This document shows positions 13,698-25,506 of a stretch of DNA of 64,000 nt, piece by piece. How positions within the stretch are numbered: the stretch's first letter is position 1; the number at the start of each line of letters is the position of its first letter. The stretch is from Glaucostegus cemiculus. Its lineage: Eukaryota. The translations under genes were made by a program, and so were the position numbers. The stretch spans positions 7,502,001 to 7,566,000 of the forward strand of contig CDPCPM010000026.1 of assembly GCA_976551045.1 (NCBI GenBank). Direction: 5' to 3'. The notes under the pieces are model-generated. The model saw nothing but the letters and a program-made list of their open reading frames with translations. It did not search any database and had not been told where the DNA came from.

Positions 13698-13822
13698 TAT
13701 GAAAGGTCACTGTCTTGAAAAGTTAACTCCATTTCTCTCTACACACATTCTGCCTGACCTGTTGAGAATTTTGTCTTTTTATTTCAGTTTTGCAGCAGCT
13801 GAGGTTTTTTTGCTTTCCAGTT
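13698..13822 (+). mobile_element. Penelope-like terminal repeat fragment
   Basis: atgaaaggtcac...gaaaagttaactccatttctctctacacac...tgcctgacctgttgag; homologous to the copy at 51471. Confidence 0.6.
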
Positions 13823-14944
13823 ACAGCATGTTAACTGTTTTACTTTGTATAAATTTATTTTCCAACATATTTACTTTTATGAACAATTAGTAGTGCTTAA
13901 AATTATATGAGATTGTATATTCGTGTGCAATTTTCTGCAGATGAAGCTTGGGTGTGTCATTTCTAAAATCTATAGAGATTCATCTGATGTTTATTTATAT
14001 ATGTAAAGAGCCAACTGTAATTTTTGGTAGCCATCAGGTATGCCTATAAAATGGCTTGACTTAATCCAAGGCCAGATATTTTTCAAATGGCCCTAAGTGC
14101 ACAGTAGATTGCAGTCCAAAATTGTGCCGCGTAAACAGATATAATAGTTAAGTTTCTGCCTATAATATCTGTTCCATCTAACTCCTGACAAGCTGAATCA
14201 TACTATTATGATCAGAATAAATTTCTGATTCATTTAAAAAAAATTTTTTAAATGCTTGATAAAGTGACAAATGTGGGTTCTTTGGAAAGAATTGTCCTTA
14301 ATTAACATTATTGGAACTGAATTTTGGAAGCAGAGTAGAATAGGCAGATTTTTGGTGCAAAGTGGGCAATATCAGATTGGTTCACCTTTATACAATCTGC
14401 CTGATTGGTCCTTGAATTAAAAATTGGACTAAGTATAAAGAGTGGATGATCCAATATCATCTGAGTATTCCTGCACTTAAATTGAAATTTCTTTTATGAT
14501 ACAACAACCTTTTGCAATCAAGATGACCATAATACCATTTTGCAGCTTTTCAAATAAACGTTTATGACCAGGTGCAGAGCGTGTTTAAAACTTTATGGTG
14601 GTAAATGCTTATTCTTTAAAATAACTATTATTATTTATAGTGTCTTAGAAAACTCCATTTGCTTACCTTAAAACGTGAATAAATGCTGTAGAGTTATTGG
14701 GAGGGAAAAGATCTCCACCCCCCCCCCCAATTACTTGTAACAAATCAATAAATCTGCTTCCAAAGAGTGGGTTTACCAATTTGTTACATGTGGTACACAG
14801 AGGAAATTTTAAAAGTGTTTTGAAAGGAATTGCGGTCAGCACTTAAGTTACCTTTGCATACTGTCATTATTACGGTTTATTTTAACACATTATTGTCCAG
14901 GCTTACCTTTGTATTGTTCCCATTTATTGTTCCATGGATGTCAG

Positions 14945-15051
14945 CACAAAATGAGCGACTCTCCCAGGAGAACAAAGAACTGCAGTTGCACTATCTGGAA
15001 CACAAGCAACAGTTGGATGAACTAAAAGATCGCATGAAGTTCTTCACCAAA
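14945..15051 (+). CDS. RPGRIP1L: RPGRIP1L coding exon (exon 11 equivalent)
   Basis: tgtcag|CA CAA AAT...ACC AAA|gtaag; 107 nt; [35 protein letters not shown]. Confidence 0.95.
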
Positions 15052-15317
15052 GTAAGATAAGTACTTACCTGAACTCAATTTATATCTGCAAGAATGTGAC
15101 AGTGGAATGTTTGAAATGTTTTATGCATGCCATAAGTATACTAGCTTTATGCATCATAAAGCCTCAGAAAAGAGAATGTAAAAATGTGATAGTTTATTTA
15201 TTCATGATATTCAAGCCAAATGTCATATTTGGTGAGAATCTACTATGTCATTTCCAGTTATCCCTGTATTATTCATTTCCATTTAATAAGGCCTTTTATT
15301 GACTATTTTAATTTCAG

Positions 15318-15368
15318 GAGAGTGATATTGATGTGGCTGAACTCAGTGAAGCACTGATGCTCATAAAG
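15318..15368 (+). CDS. RPGRIP1L: RPGRIP1L coding exon (exon 12 equivalent)
   Basis: atttcag|GAG AGT GAT...ATA AAG|gtact; 51 nt; ESDIDVAELSEALMLIK. Confidence 0.94.
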
Positions 15369-15829
15369 GTACTGTAAAGAAGTTGATCCCTCTTTCAATT
15401 CATGTCTGCTCTGTGGTCTAATAACAATCTGACCCTCATATGCCCTGATTGCAGTGACTAGCATTTCAAGAGGCTAATTCATTGGTGGTCTTCGAGGGGC
15501 CATTGTAACCCAAATCTCAGAAAGAACAGGGGAATAATATTAGAAAAGAGTAATATACAGTTTATTTGGACTTTGTTAGTATTTCATTGACACAATAAAG
15601 ATTAATTAGACAATATCCAACATTTCTGCATAGATTTATATTTTATTCATATTGTAGAGACTTGTTGTTTAGAACTGAAGCATTGCAATCTTTTTGGAAT
15701 TTGCAGGTCAAGTCAGAATTATAAGCTAATGATAAATAAAACTAAGAGGGTAAACCTTAAAACGTATGTTAATTGACCATGAACAACAAAAATATGCAAC
15801 TGACCCAACTGAAATTTCAGCTACTTACT

Positions 15830-16335
15830 GCCCAGCAGTACACAAGTTCAATCACTTTGATTTTCTTAACTCTCCTACTGTGAACCCCCCCTGTTCTTGG
15901 ACTCCCATGCAGTTTCAATAAAACTTAACATAAGCCTGAGGAACAACACCTCAACCTTTTGATTAAATACTTTACATTTGATCCAATGAGTTCAGCAATC
16001 TCAGATTTTAATAACTGCCCTCAGTTTTCAGCTACTGCTACTGATTCAACAGTTCCTATCGGTACCCACTTTCTTTTATTAACTTGTCCCATTTTGACAC
16101 CATTATGCTTATTATCCCTTTGGTCATTCAGATTGTCTTGCCACCCTGCTTATCACATACTGTCTTTTTATTTTGCACCTCTCCTCTTTTGTTTGAACCT
16201 ATAAATTTCTAACTTTTTTTGACAGTTCTTGTATAAGATCTTCGCCCTGGAATGTTACATCCATTTCTTTCTCTGGGTATGCTGACTCAACAGTTCTGTT
16301 TATTTCACATTTTCAGCATCTTCTACATTTTATTT
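15830..16335 (+). mobile_element. Penelope-like element 3' part (GIY-YIG end plus terminal repeat)
   Basis: aacataagcctgaggaacaacacctc (K.EEQHL), then a pyrimidine-rich UTR and a decayed terminal repeat. Confidence 0.6.
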
Positions 16336-16458
16336 AGTTCACTACTTTTCATGTGGCCAGCAAAATAGTTGTTGATTGTGCTTGTAGCAAGTTGAACAAA
16401 GCTGTGTAGAAGGAAAGGTGTATTTTTATTCAATCATGTGATTTTATCTTTATTATAG

Positions 16459-16638
16459 GTTCGTAAGCATCAAAAAAATGGAAATCTTGAGTTTCTGGAG
16501 AAAGTGGAGGACAGCATTAATAAGGATCTAGAGTTCTCCATACGAGAGCTTCAGGCAACGCATGCGGAGACCGTTCAGGAACTTGAAAAGACAAGAAACT
16601 TGCTATTTATGCAGTACAAGATTAATAAAGATTATCAG
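16459..16638 (+). CDS. RPGRIP1L: RPGRIP1L coding exon (exon 13 equivalent)
   Basis: ttatag|GTT CGT...TAT CAG|gtaat; 180 nt; [60 protein letters not shown]. Confidence 0.96.
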
Positions 16639-17469
16639 GTAATTTTTTTTATATTAAGAAGACTTAGTAAATATTTCAAACATAACACCACATTGATAGT
16701 ATGAAGCAATTGAAGAACATCATGAAGGAATGAGCCGTATGGCTGGAAACTTGAATGGAATGGCATATGAGAAGGCATGGATTTGTGAATTGGCAACATT
16801 TTCAAGAAGTTTAAGGAGGAAATAAAGATTAGAGAATACTTTGCAAAGACAGCAAGGTTGAGCATTGACTTTTTGATGAAGGGGTTGACAATGGGAGTTT
16901 TGAAATAGTGCTAGAGGAGTGGGATCTATTAACAACATCAGTAGGAAAATTAGAAGAGGAATCTGGCTAGTCAACAGTTTAGTGGGAATGCTCCTATTGG
17001 GAGCAGAAAGTGGTCTGAAGCCAACGTGTGTTCAACGAACTCATAGGGAAGTAAAGAGAGATTAAGGGCCAAGGCATGAAGATCAAGGGGACATTTTATT
17101 TAATTAACCAATGAAAGGAAAGTGACACTGTTCCAACATGGTAGGTTGGTTTAAAACTGAACTTTCAGTAAACACTACCAGGTTACATGACATGTAAACA
17201 AGTAGCATTTCTGCCAACATTATTTTGTTTTAATATTCATGACATTGTCTTAGTTTGCTTGCATTAGCAACTTTTCCTTATATTTTGATGGTTTATGAAC
17301 TCTTCATAAGAGACAGTTATTGTATGTTTTGCTGTACAAAATCAAGTTGATTGGGGTTAGCACAACTTAGAAGTAATAACAATATTATTGTCTGATAGTG
17401 AAAAGTACAGGTTTCTGCTCATTTTTTTTAAATTTGATTCAGTAACCGTAATATTGTAAGACTATTTGT

Positions 17470-17960
17470 GCAGTATAATAGCTTTGGTCTCCTTACCTAA
17501 ACAAGGACATACTTGCCATAGATGAAGTGCAGCCAAGTTTCCTTAGACTGGTTCCTGGGATGCAGTGTTACATTATGAGGAGAGATTGAGCAGACTAGGC
17601 TTGCATACTCTCAAGTTACAAAATTCTTACAGACTGAATGCAGGACCAGTGTTTTCCCTGGCTGAGATGTTTAGAACCAGGGTTTACAGCCTCTGAATAA
17701 AGGGTAACTTATTTACAGTTAAGGTGAAGAGAAATTTCTTATCTCAGAAGATGATAAAATCTCTTCTCTGGAGGCTGTGGAGCTCAGTCATTGAGTTCAT
17801 TGAAAACACTCATGGATAATTTTCTGGATATTAAAGAAATTAAACGCAATTAGGATAGTGCAGGAAAATGGTGTTGAAGAAGATCAATTGAGAACTTGAT
17901 TAATGGCAAAGCAGATTCAAGGGGCCACATGGCCTTTTTGCTTCTTATGTTCTTACAGTG
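17470..17960 (+). mobile_element. CR1 LINE 3' fragment
   Basis: WSPYLNKDILAIDEVQPSFLRLVPGM..LHYEERLSRLGL remnant; tail ggcctttttgcttcttatgttctta. Confidence 0.8.
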
Positions 17961-18540
17961 ATTGCATGTGAAAAATATTTATTTGGAAACAAATAATAAT
18001 TTGTTCTAAAGTTGTGAAAAGTGCTGTGTGCTTTTTTCCTTTTGAACCCTTATTTTTTTTGTAATGATTTAAATCATTCATCCTAAGTATTGTCATCATC
18101 TTGTTGTCCTTTACTTGTCTATGTGCATTGAGATAACTAGATATTTTCTATATTAAATGTGCTATGTAGTCAAAAATTGTCATTGATTAGGGGTACCATG
18201 TTTTAAAGGCACAATCAGAGACTATATTTGTAAATACCTGATTTCAAAACTAATTAACTTACTGAAATTGAATATACTTATATCAAATAGTCAGTTTATT
18301 TTGTGAATGTGCAGACCAACAGATCCTGATAAAATTGCTCAATTTTTAGAAATGAACAGGTGATTGTAAATTGCTTCTAATTTGTTTTGCATTCTGTTGA
18401 GACCTGCCTGTATCACAAATTTAACAACATCCATCTTTTCAGTCTAATCATAATTGCACATTAATATAAAAGTCAGCACTGTTGCATCTCTCCAGTGTGT
18501 TCCAAGCCCCTATCACACTTTGGGTGTTGAAATTTTTTCT

Positions 18541-18832
18541 CATGGTAGCATAGCGGTGAGTGTAATGCTATTACCAGCAACCTGGGTTCAATTCCCACTG
18601 CTGCCTGAAGGAGTTTGTACGTTCTCCCCGTGTCTGCGTGGGTTTCCTCCAGGTGCTCAGGTTTCTTCCCACATTCCAAAGACGTACAGGTTAGGAGCTG
18701 TGGGCGTGCTGTGTTGGCGCCGCAAGAGTGGTGACACTTGCGGGCTGCCCCTAGCACATTCTTAGCAACACAAAATACATATTTCACTGTGTGTTTCAAT
18801 GTACATATTACTAATACATAAATATCTTATCA
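18541..18832 (+). mobile_element. tRNA-derived V-domain SINE
   Basis: A-box-like tggtagcatagcgg, B-box gggttcaattcc, V-domain gagtttgtacgttctccccgtgtctgcgtgggtttcctcc...cccacattccaaagac. Confidence 0.85.
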
Positions 18833-18889
18833 ACTCCATTCTGTTCCTTCCATGAATTACCCTATATTTAAACTAGATCAAATTCCTTA

Positions 18890-19085
18890 AAATGCTGGGA
18901 TTCTGAAAAATATCAGAAAATGCGAGAAATACTCAACTTGTTTGACACTAGCTAAGGAGAGAGAGATAGAGCTAACTTTTCATTAGATGAAAAGTCATTG
19001 ATCGAAAATATTTACTGTTTTGCTTTTTCACTGATAGCACCTTTCCTACCAAGTATTTCCAGCATTTTCTGTTTCATTCTTTAGA
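18890..19085. repeat. fold-back of two head-to-head Penelope-like terminal repeats
   Basis: Arms cagaaaatgcgagaaatact and agtatttccagcattttctg; central perfect hairpin acttttcat-tag-atgaaaagt at 18975-18995. Confidence 0.65.
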
Positions 19086-19405
19086 TCTTTGTACCCTAGT
19101 TCTTGACCTCGCTGCTAAGGGATTTAGATCCTTCCAGTTAACCTTGTATAGGCCTCTCATAACTTTATACCTCAATTATATTGCCTTCACTTTAGCCAAT
19201 TTCTGCTCATAAAATTCTCCAGCCTTAGATTGTGAAATTCTAGTGAATCTCTTCAGTACCCACCCTATGCCATTGCACCCTTCCTGTAGTGTGATGACCA
19301 GAAATGAATACAGTAATCAAGTTGTGACCTAACTTGTGTATTATACAATTCTGGCATGACGTCTCTGCGCATACATTCTGTGTCTTGGCCAATAAAGGCA
19401 AGTAT
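19086..19405 (-). mobile_element. CR1 LINE fragment
   Basis: ORF 19265..19450(-) contains LYNTQVRSQLDYCIHFWSSHYRK, the CR1 ORF2 C-terminal motif. Confidence 0.8.
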
Positions 19406-19543
19406 AACACTCAAGAGATTCTGCAGATGCTGGAATCTGGAAAAACACACACAAAATGCTAGAGGAACTCAGCAGGTCAGGCAGCATCTATGGAGGGAAA
19501 TAGAGAGTCGACATTTTGGGTCGAGACTCTTCATCAGAGCTCT
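19406..19543 (-). mobile_element. Penelope-like terminal repeat inserted in a CR1 fragment
   Basis: Homologous to 51471-51565; flanked by gtat at 19402-19405 and 19544-19547. Confidence 0.75.
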
Positions 19544-22500
19544 GTATTCTGTTGTCCTTTATTTTCCAGCATTGAACAACTTTTAAATTCAATGTGTTAC
19601 TTTCCCTGGGATTTCACAGGCTTTTGCTTTCCTTATTAATCCCATGGCTTTACTGATTCCAGTTACTCTCTTATAGTTGGCTCAGAAAGTTCTTAGGATG
19701 AACCAAATAACAGCAGTTAACATAAATCTTCACGAAATCATAAATATCAGCTGAAACAATTATAGGACTTTTTTTTAAAAGACTAATGCACTTGAATTTA
19801 AAAACCTGTGAACCTTTTAAAAAGCATTCTCCATGCAAGCCAAACTGGTCTCCTCCTTGCCACCTTTCCATGCATATGTTAGAGACTCAATATCCAGTGC
19901 ATCTTGGGGCCAGAAAATGGTACAGCATCCTTTCTCACCCCAGTTTTCAAATATAGTTCAAACTTCTGAATTATTAGATCAGGATTTTCAAAAAAACAAT
20001 CTTAGACCTGGGTACAAAGAATGTGATGCCAAAGATCAGGGAGAAATTCTGTTGATCAAATTTCTTAGCTTCTACTATTTTTCACGTACTAAAAAGTGAA
20101 AATAAGTCTCACTGTCAGTTATCACGAGGTGTACCTTTGTTTCTGAATTGCATAATTGGAGCACTTTATAAATTCTCACATACCTATCTCCAGGATGCAA
20201 ACATGTTAGATGATTTGTATGGATTTGACTTGAATCTTGTTTATTGATTCTTAGGAACAGAATTTTTGCACGTGAATTAATTCAAGCATCACAACGGGTG
20301 TAGACAAATAAGTAAATAAAATTCAGTTTTATTCACTCTGCATTCCAATCTTGTGAAGAAGGATGCCAGAGTAAGTTACAAAAAAATCTATTTTCTGTCA
20401 AGCCGATCCATTTTTTCAGTGACAGATATAATAAACTGTGGGCTGAAGGAAAGCTCTAGAAGTGTGACTGCCACGTATTGTGGTGAATGTGGAAGTAATT
20501 ACACTCTAAAAGTGGCAATTTGAATAGTTTGAAGAAGCTTAAATATGTTGCCAATTTGATACATTTACAAATTAATGGAAAATAGATTGGACTACTGCTT
20601 ATCAGTTCAAGATGCAGTGAATCAATGTTAGTTTTTGTGTAATTCATAATGCAGCTAAATGTTTAACGAAGAATTGAGTCTCTAGGTAAAACCAAACTTG
20701 CTATTCTTACCAGGATATATTTTTAAAGAAAGCAATTAAGAGAAAATATAGTTATATTTCTCAATAAGAGGAATACTAAAATATGAGTAGCAACAGTTTC
20801 TCTGATAATAAAAGCTTGCTTTATTGTAATTAGACTGGACATAATCTAAAATTGCTATGTAGCAGAAAAATAAAGTAATTTAATTATATGATTTTTTACT
20901 ATTGGTTTTCATTTCATTCCAGGACTTTTGAAAAGATTAAATATATATAGTTATTCAACACTAGGCATGTTAATAGTATCATTTTATCTCTGCAGTTAAC
21001 TTCCTCTTTAAGCCTAGTGAAAGGGAGTGAAAACCATTTCAAGTTCATCACCACTCTTTTGATAAAATGTAATTTATTTTTTGATTCTATTTCCTCTTTA
21101 CAAAATCCCATCAGATTCACTATATTAAATATTACATATAATATATGGTAACTGAATTCTAGCATTACTCTGAAAACAGTTAATATATACAATGTAAAAA
21201 AGTTATTACAGAATATAAAGTGTTTGTTTATATAAACAGTGGCACCAAATAATCTTCTATTTGACATAATAACTAATGAATAGGTAAATGTGCATTGTGA
21301 AGGAGTTAGATACATACTTCAAATTTTGCAAGACAGTCGATTTAACTGGTGACTAGACTAATCAACAGTTATTATTTCCAAATCACTAGTTCTATGGAAT
21401 TGTAGCTTTACAACATAAAACAGAAGGACCACCATGTGTGAAGCAGAGTTTCCTTTTATTGTTTCTGAATTAAGCAAATGGTTTTGAAAGTGTAATCTTC
21501 ATTTTAATTCCATATATAATTTTACTTTAAACACCCTGAAGTGAACTAATTGATTTAAAGTAACACTACTTGAAGAAACTTGTGTTATGTGTATAAACCT
21601 TATATGTTTGCTGTGTTTCATGATATGTTGTGTTGACTAAAAAGCATTATGTATTGCTTTTCATGGTTCTTTTAAATTCACGGATATCCTTACCAGCTGA
21701 TTTTCCCTGCCTTCTAAACTTTCTCATTTAATACAGTCCCTGACATTTGAATGTGTTTCCATTGCAGTTAAATTGATTTACCAGAATTTTTAAATTTCTT
21801 TATTTTAATCTCTGTATTGGATTATTGCAAGATGTCTATTGGAAAGAACGGCTTAGGTACTATAACATGCTGGAATTTGCATGAGTATATGTAGTAAGAT
21901 AGTTCCTTTCTTTACTGAGCTGGAGTATCCTTATTTTACTGTATAATAAATCTTACACTATTGCTTTGTTAACGAACAGTATGGAACCTTTCATTAGCTC
22001 AACGATAATACTCCTGTTTTGAACTTTAAATCAGAACAAACCACTCCACAAAATCTAGTTCAGATTAGCAGCCATATCGAAATGAATCAGCAGTAGAAGA
22101 TATATAAATGCAAGGGTTCCAAATGTTGTCTATGATAGGGGTGACCTGCAGTGTTATTTCTAAAGATACCTGGGCAAAAACCTTATATGTTTGCTGTGTT
22201 CCATGATATGTTGTGTTGACTAAGCAGTTATTAGAGCCACTGTTCTATAACAAGTATTAAAATAGAGAGAGTCCTGTTATCATTATTTCACCTATAAATA
22301 TTTTCACCAGTTCAATGCACTGGGCAACATTACATCTGGAGACTACCAAAGTAGCAAAATCCTATCTGGATCCTACATTTCATTCAAATTGTATATTTGA
22401 GAAAAATCACTACAAGAGCAACCGTCTTTTAGAAAGGCAAACTTTCACTGGACCTGATGCCAAGAGTTGCCATCTGCCAGACATTTTAACTTCATGGAGA

Positions 22501-22819
22501 AATATGCAAGTAACTTGCCACCAATAATTGTGATTAATTAATAATCTGCAATCATTGTATAAATTTTACCAACACTGTTGAATTAAATGCTGTCAAAAAT
22601 AAATTGATAATCACAATAAGCTGTATTAAAACTGAATTCAGTTTATCTGTTTTAAGAAGTCACTTGCCAAATGTTGGTAAACAAATTGTCCCAGAGGTCA
22701 CCAGAATGTAAAGTTTTGACATACATTATTTTCTGAAATATTAATAATACATACATTTTCACAACTATAATCAGAAACTATACAATGATCTATTTTTCTT
22801 CTTGGCCTCTCAATTTTAG

Positions 22820-22937
22820 AATGAGGTTAATGCAGTTACCAAGAAAATGGAAGATAATAATCGAGAATATGAGATCAAACTAGAACAGTATGCACAACTG
22901 CTTGATGTTAGAGCAGAACGAATCAGAAAACTTGAAG
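22820..22937 (+). CDS. RPGRIP1L: RPGRIP1L coding exon (exon 14 equivalent)
   Basis: ttttag|AAT GAG...GAA G|gtatg; 118 nt; NEVNAVTKKMEDNNREYEIKLEQYAQLLDVRAERIRKLE. Confidence 0.96.
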
Positions 22938-25053
22938 GTATGATGAAACAACTTTTTAAAGACAATTGTTGTAAAAACATATTTCATTTCAGATATAAAT
23001 ATTGTGAAAGGATCATGCAAGTGAAGCAATAAATGTCCCTAGCTTCTGGTTTCTTATTATTTTCGCAACTGAATGAACTATTCTCAATCATATAATGCTT
23101 TCTATAGAGTTTTGTAGTGTTTATAATCATCAGTATAGATGCTGTTTCCCAATACAATATAGCACAATATATTTTTTTAATGTTGCTAAAGGAAAGTTGC
23201 AGACATTGAAAGACAAATCTCCCACCACCTCCACCCCCACCCCCATGACCTTTTCAGAGTGCTTTGACTAATTAGCAGGCTGCAGATGAAGAGGACTATG
23301 CAGTATCAGGCATTTCAACTGTTAGGCCTGGGTGAAGGTAAATCTAAGATGAGGGGATATCCCCTAATGCAAAAGGAAAACCTTATGCAGCAACATCCAA
23401 GGTTGGTTTTGGACAGAATAAGACTACTGTTCCTTCGTTAAAATGAAGGCTGAGCTTCAGAGTTCATCTCTGACCAGTCTTCCAGCTGAAACTGTATAGC
23501 ACACTTTGAAGAACAATATTCTAAAGTGTGCATCAGGATTCTCTAAGTATCATAAGATCCTAATTTGTATGTCACGGGATTGAAAAAATACTTGCCTGAT
23601 TATTACAAATTCTGATTATTACATAATTCTTACAAATAAAAAAAATAAAGCTCTCATAAAAAAGGGAAATTTCAGGATTGGAGTTTCTTTTTAAATAGCA
23701 GTAGTACCATTTCACTTGGTGGTATGGAAGTAACTTAAGACAATAGTTAACTATCTGATACTGGTTTCATAAGCATCAAAATTTTAAAAAAGCATACCAG
23801 AGTAACAGCACTACCAAGGGAAATTGGAAAGTTTCAAGTTTATACAGTATATTTTGATGTTCACAGAGATTCCATGACTGTCTGCCTTTAATGCCTCTGT
23901 AGTTTCTACAATTTAAAAAATAATCTGGGTGAGTTGTTGCAATCTAAAATGCAGGTTATATCCAAAACTGAAAAGAATAGAGCGAATATAAATAATTTAT
24001 TTGTGATTTGTAACTGGTTGGCAAAATAGGCATCCTGTTTAATCCTATGTTCTACAGTTGGTTGTAAAATCTTGCACATTTTATACATGGCTCCTAAAGT
24101 AAAAATATGAATTGGCGTTGTATGGTGCTCTAGATTTGGTGTTTAAGGAATCAGGTTCCAAGAGGAAGTATTGATGAAAGCAAGAAGGTGTCACTGTGAC
24201 GTTATAGATATCTGTAAAATAAACATCATCGTAGAGGGATTTAAATATGTAAGTAATCACACATACCACTTTAACAATTTTTTTGTTGTTCTCTGGCTGT
24301 GAGATAAAGAAGGAAGCTGGGCTTTTACCAACCCTCATAGATGCCTCATGCTAACCCCGCTTAAGTTGTCTGATGATTTATTTTCCTTTACTGCAGGAAA
24401 ATACTTTGTTTCTGCATATCATTAGGAACTGACTATGGGGAAAGATTTATTCTACTAATTATTTATAATAATACTGTATATACGCATATAAACCTACTGA
24501 AAGTTTTGCAAGAAATAAAAGAAACTCTTCCACCAATATGGAAAATCATGCTTATTGCTTCTATAACACTAGGTTAACTTTATCTAGTTGAGTTAATAAT
24601 ATATATTTTATTGTATAATGTTAATTGAACCTTTTAAATTTCTATTTTTGCTCAAATAATCAGAGTTTTTTTTTGTTCAAGTATTTTGGGTGTGTTAATG
24701 GTTAACCACCTTTTCAAAAGCAAGATCATTAGCAGGCATCCATCTTTGTAATTTCCTCTTGAAAGTTTTAATTAAGATGTCCCTGCTGTGTGTTAAAAAG
24801 GCCTTGGTATGCAGTGTTTCATCTGATTTATCCCAGAATAAATGTCAAATTGTAATCCTTGTATGCTGAGTAACTCATATTCTAGGAATCTACAGAGCTA
24901 TTTTCACTCTTCTGTGCTGAAGAATTTGTTAAAAAATATGATAACAATAGTGTGTATATTTTATACCATCTGTTTGCCACATAGAAAAAAAATCTTGTGC
25001 TGTATTGCTTTAATGAAAAATATGGAAAATGCTTCTGTTTTCATCTTTTTCAG

Positions 25054-25506
25054 CCCAACTCAAAGACATAGCCTATGGCACCAAACAATTCAAATTCAAA
25101 CCAGAAATAGCAACTGATGATGAAACTGATGAACTTGATGTATCTGTCCATTTAGAGCGTGGAGAAAACTTATTTGAGATCCATATCAGCAAAGTAATCT
25201 TCTCTCCTGAAGCCATTAAGGTTTTTGGTGAGCAAGAACCTGCTACTTTCTGCACTTATGCATTCTATGATTTTGAACTCCAGTCTACTCCTGTAAGACA
25301 TGGGATGCAGCCAGTGTTTGATTTCACATCTCAGTACATTGTCCGAGTGGATGATTTCTTCCTACAGTATTTGCAGAAAAATACAGTAAAACTAGAGGTA
25401 CAGCTCGCTTATGGCACAGACTATGAAACTATTGCAGCGTGCCAGTTACGAATGCATGAGATCCTTGAAAAGAATGGGAGAATTTTTGGCACAGCATTTT
25501 TGATTG
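25054..25506 (+). CDS. RPGRIP1L: RPGRIP1L coding exon (exon 15 equivalent), first C2 domain
   Basis: tttttcag|CC CAA CTC...ATT G|gtgag; 453 nt; [18 protein letters not shown]...[13 protein letters not shown]...[17 protein letters not shown]...[20 protein letters not shown], diagnostic for RPGRIP1L. Confidence 0.98.

Noticed and set aside
18541-18600. tRNA gene suggested by A/B boxes (also at 40437)
   Set aside because: No complete cloverleaf; it continues into a SINE V-domain
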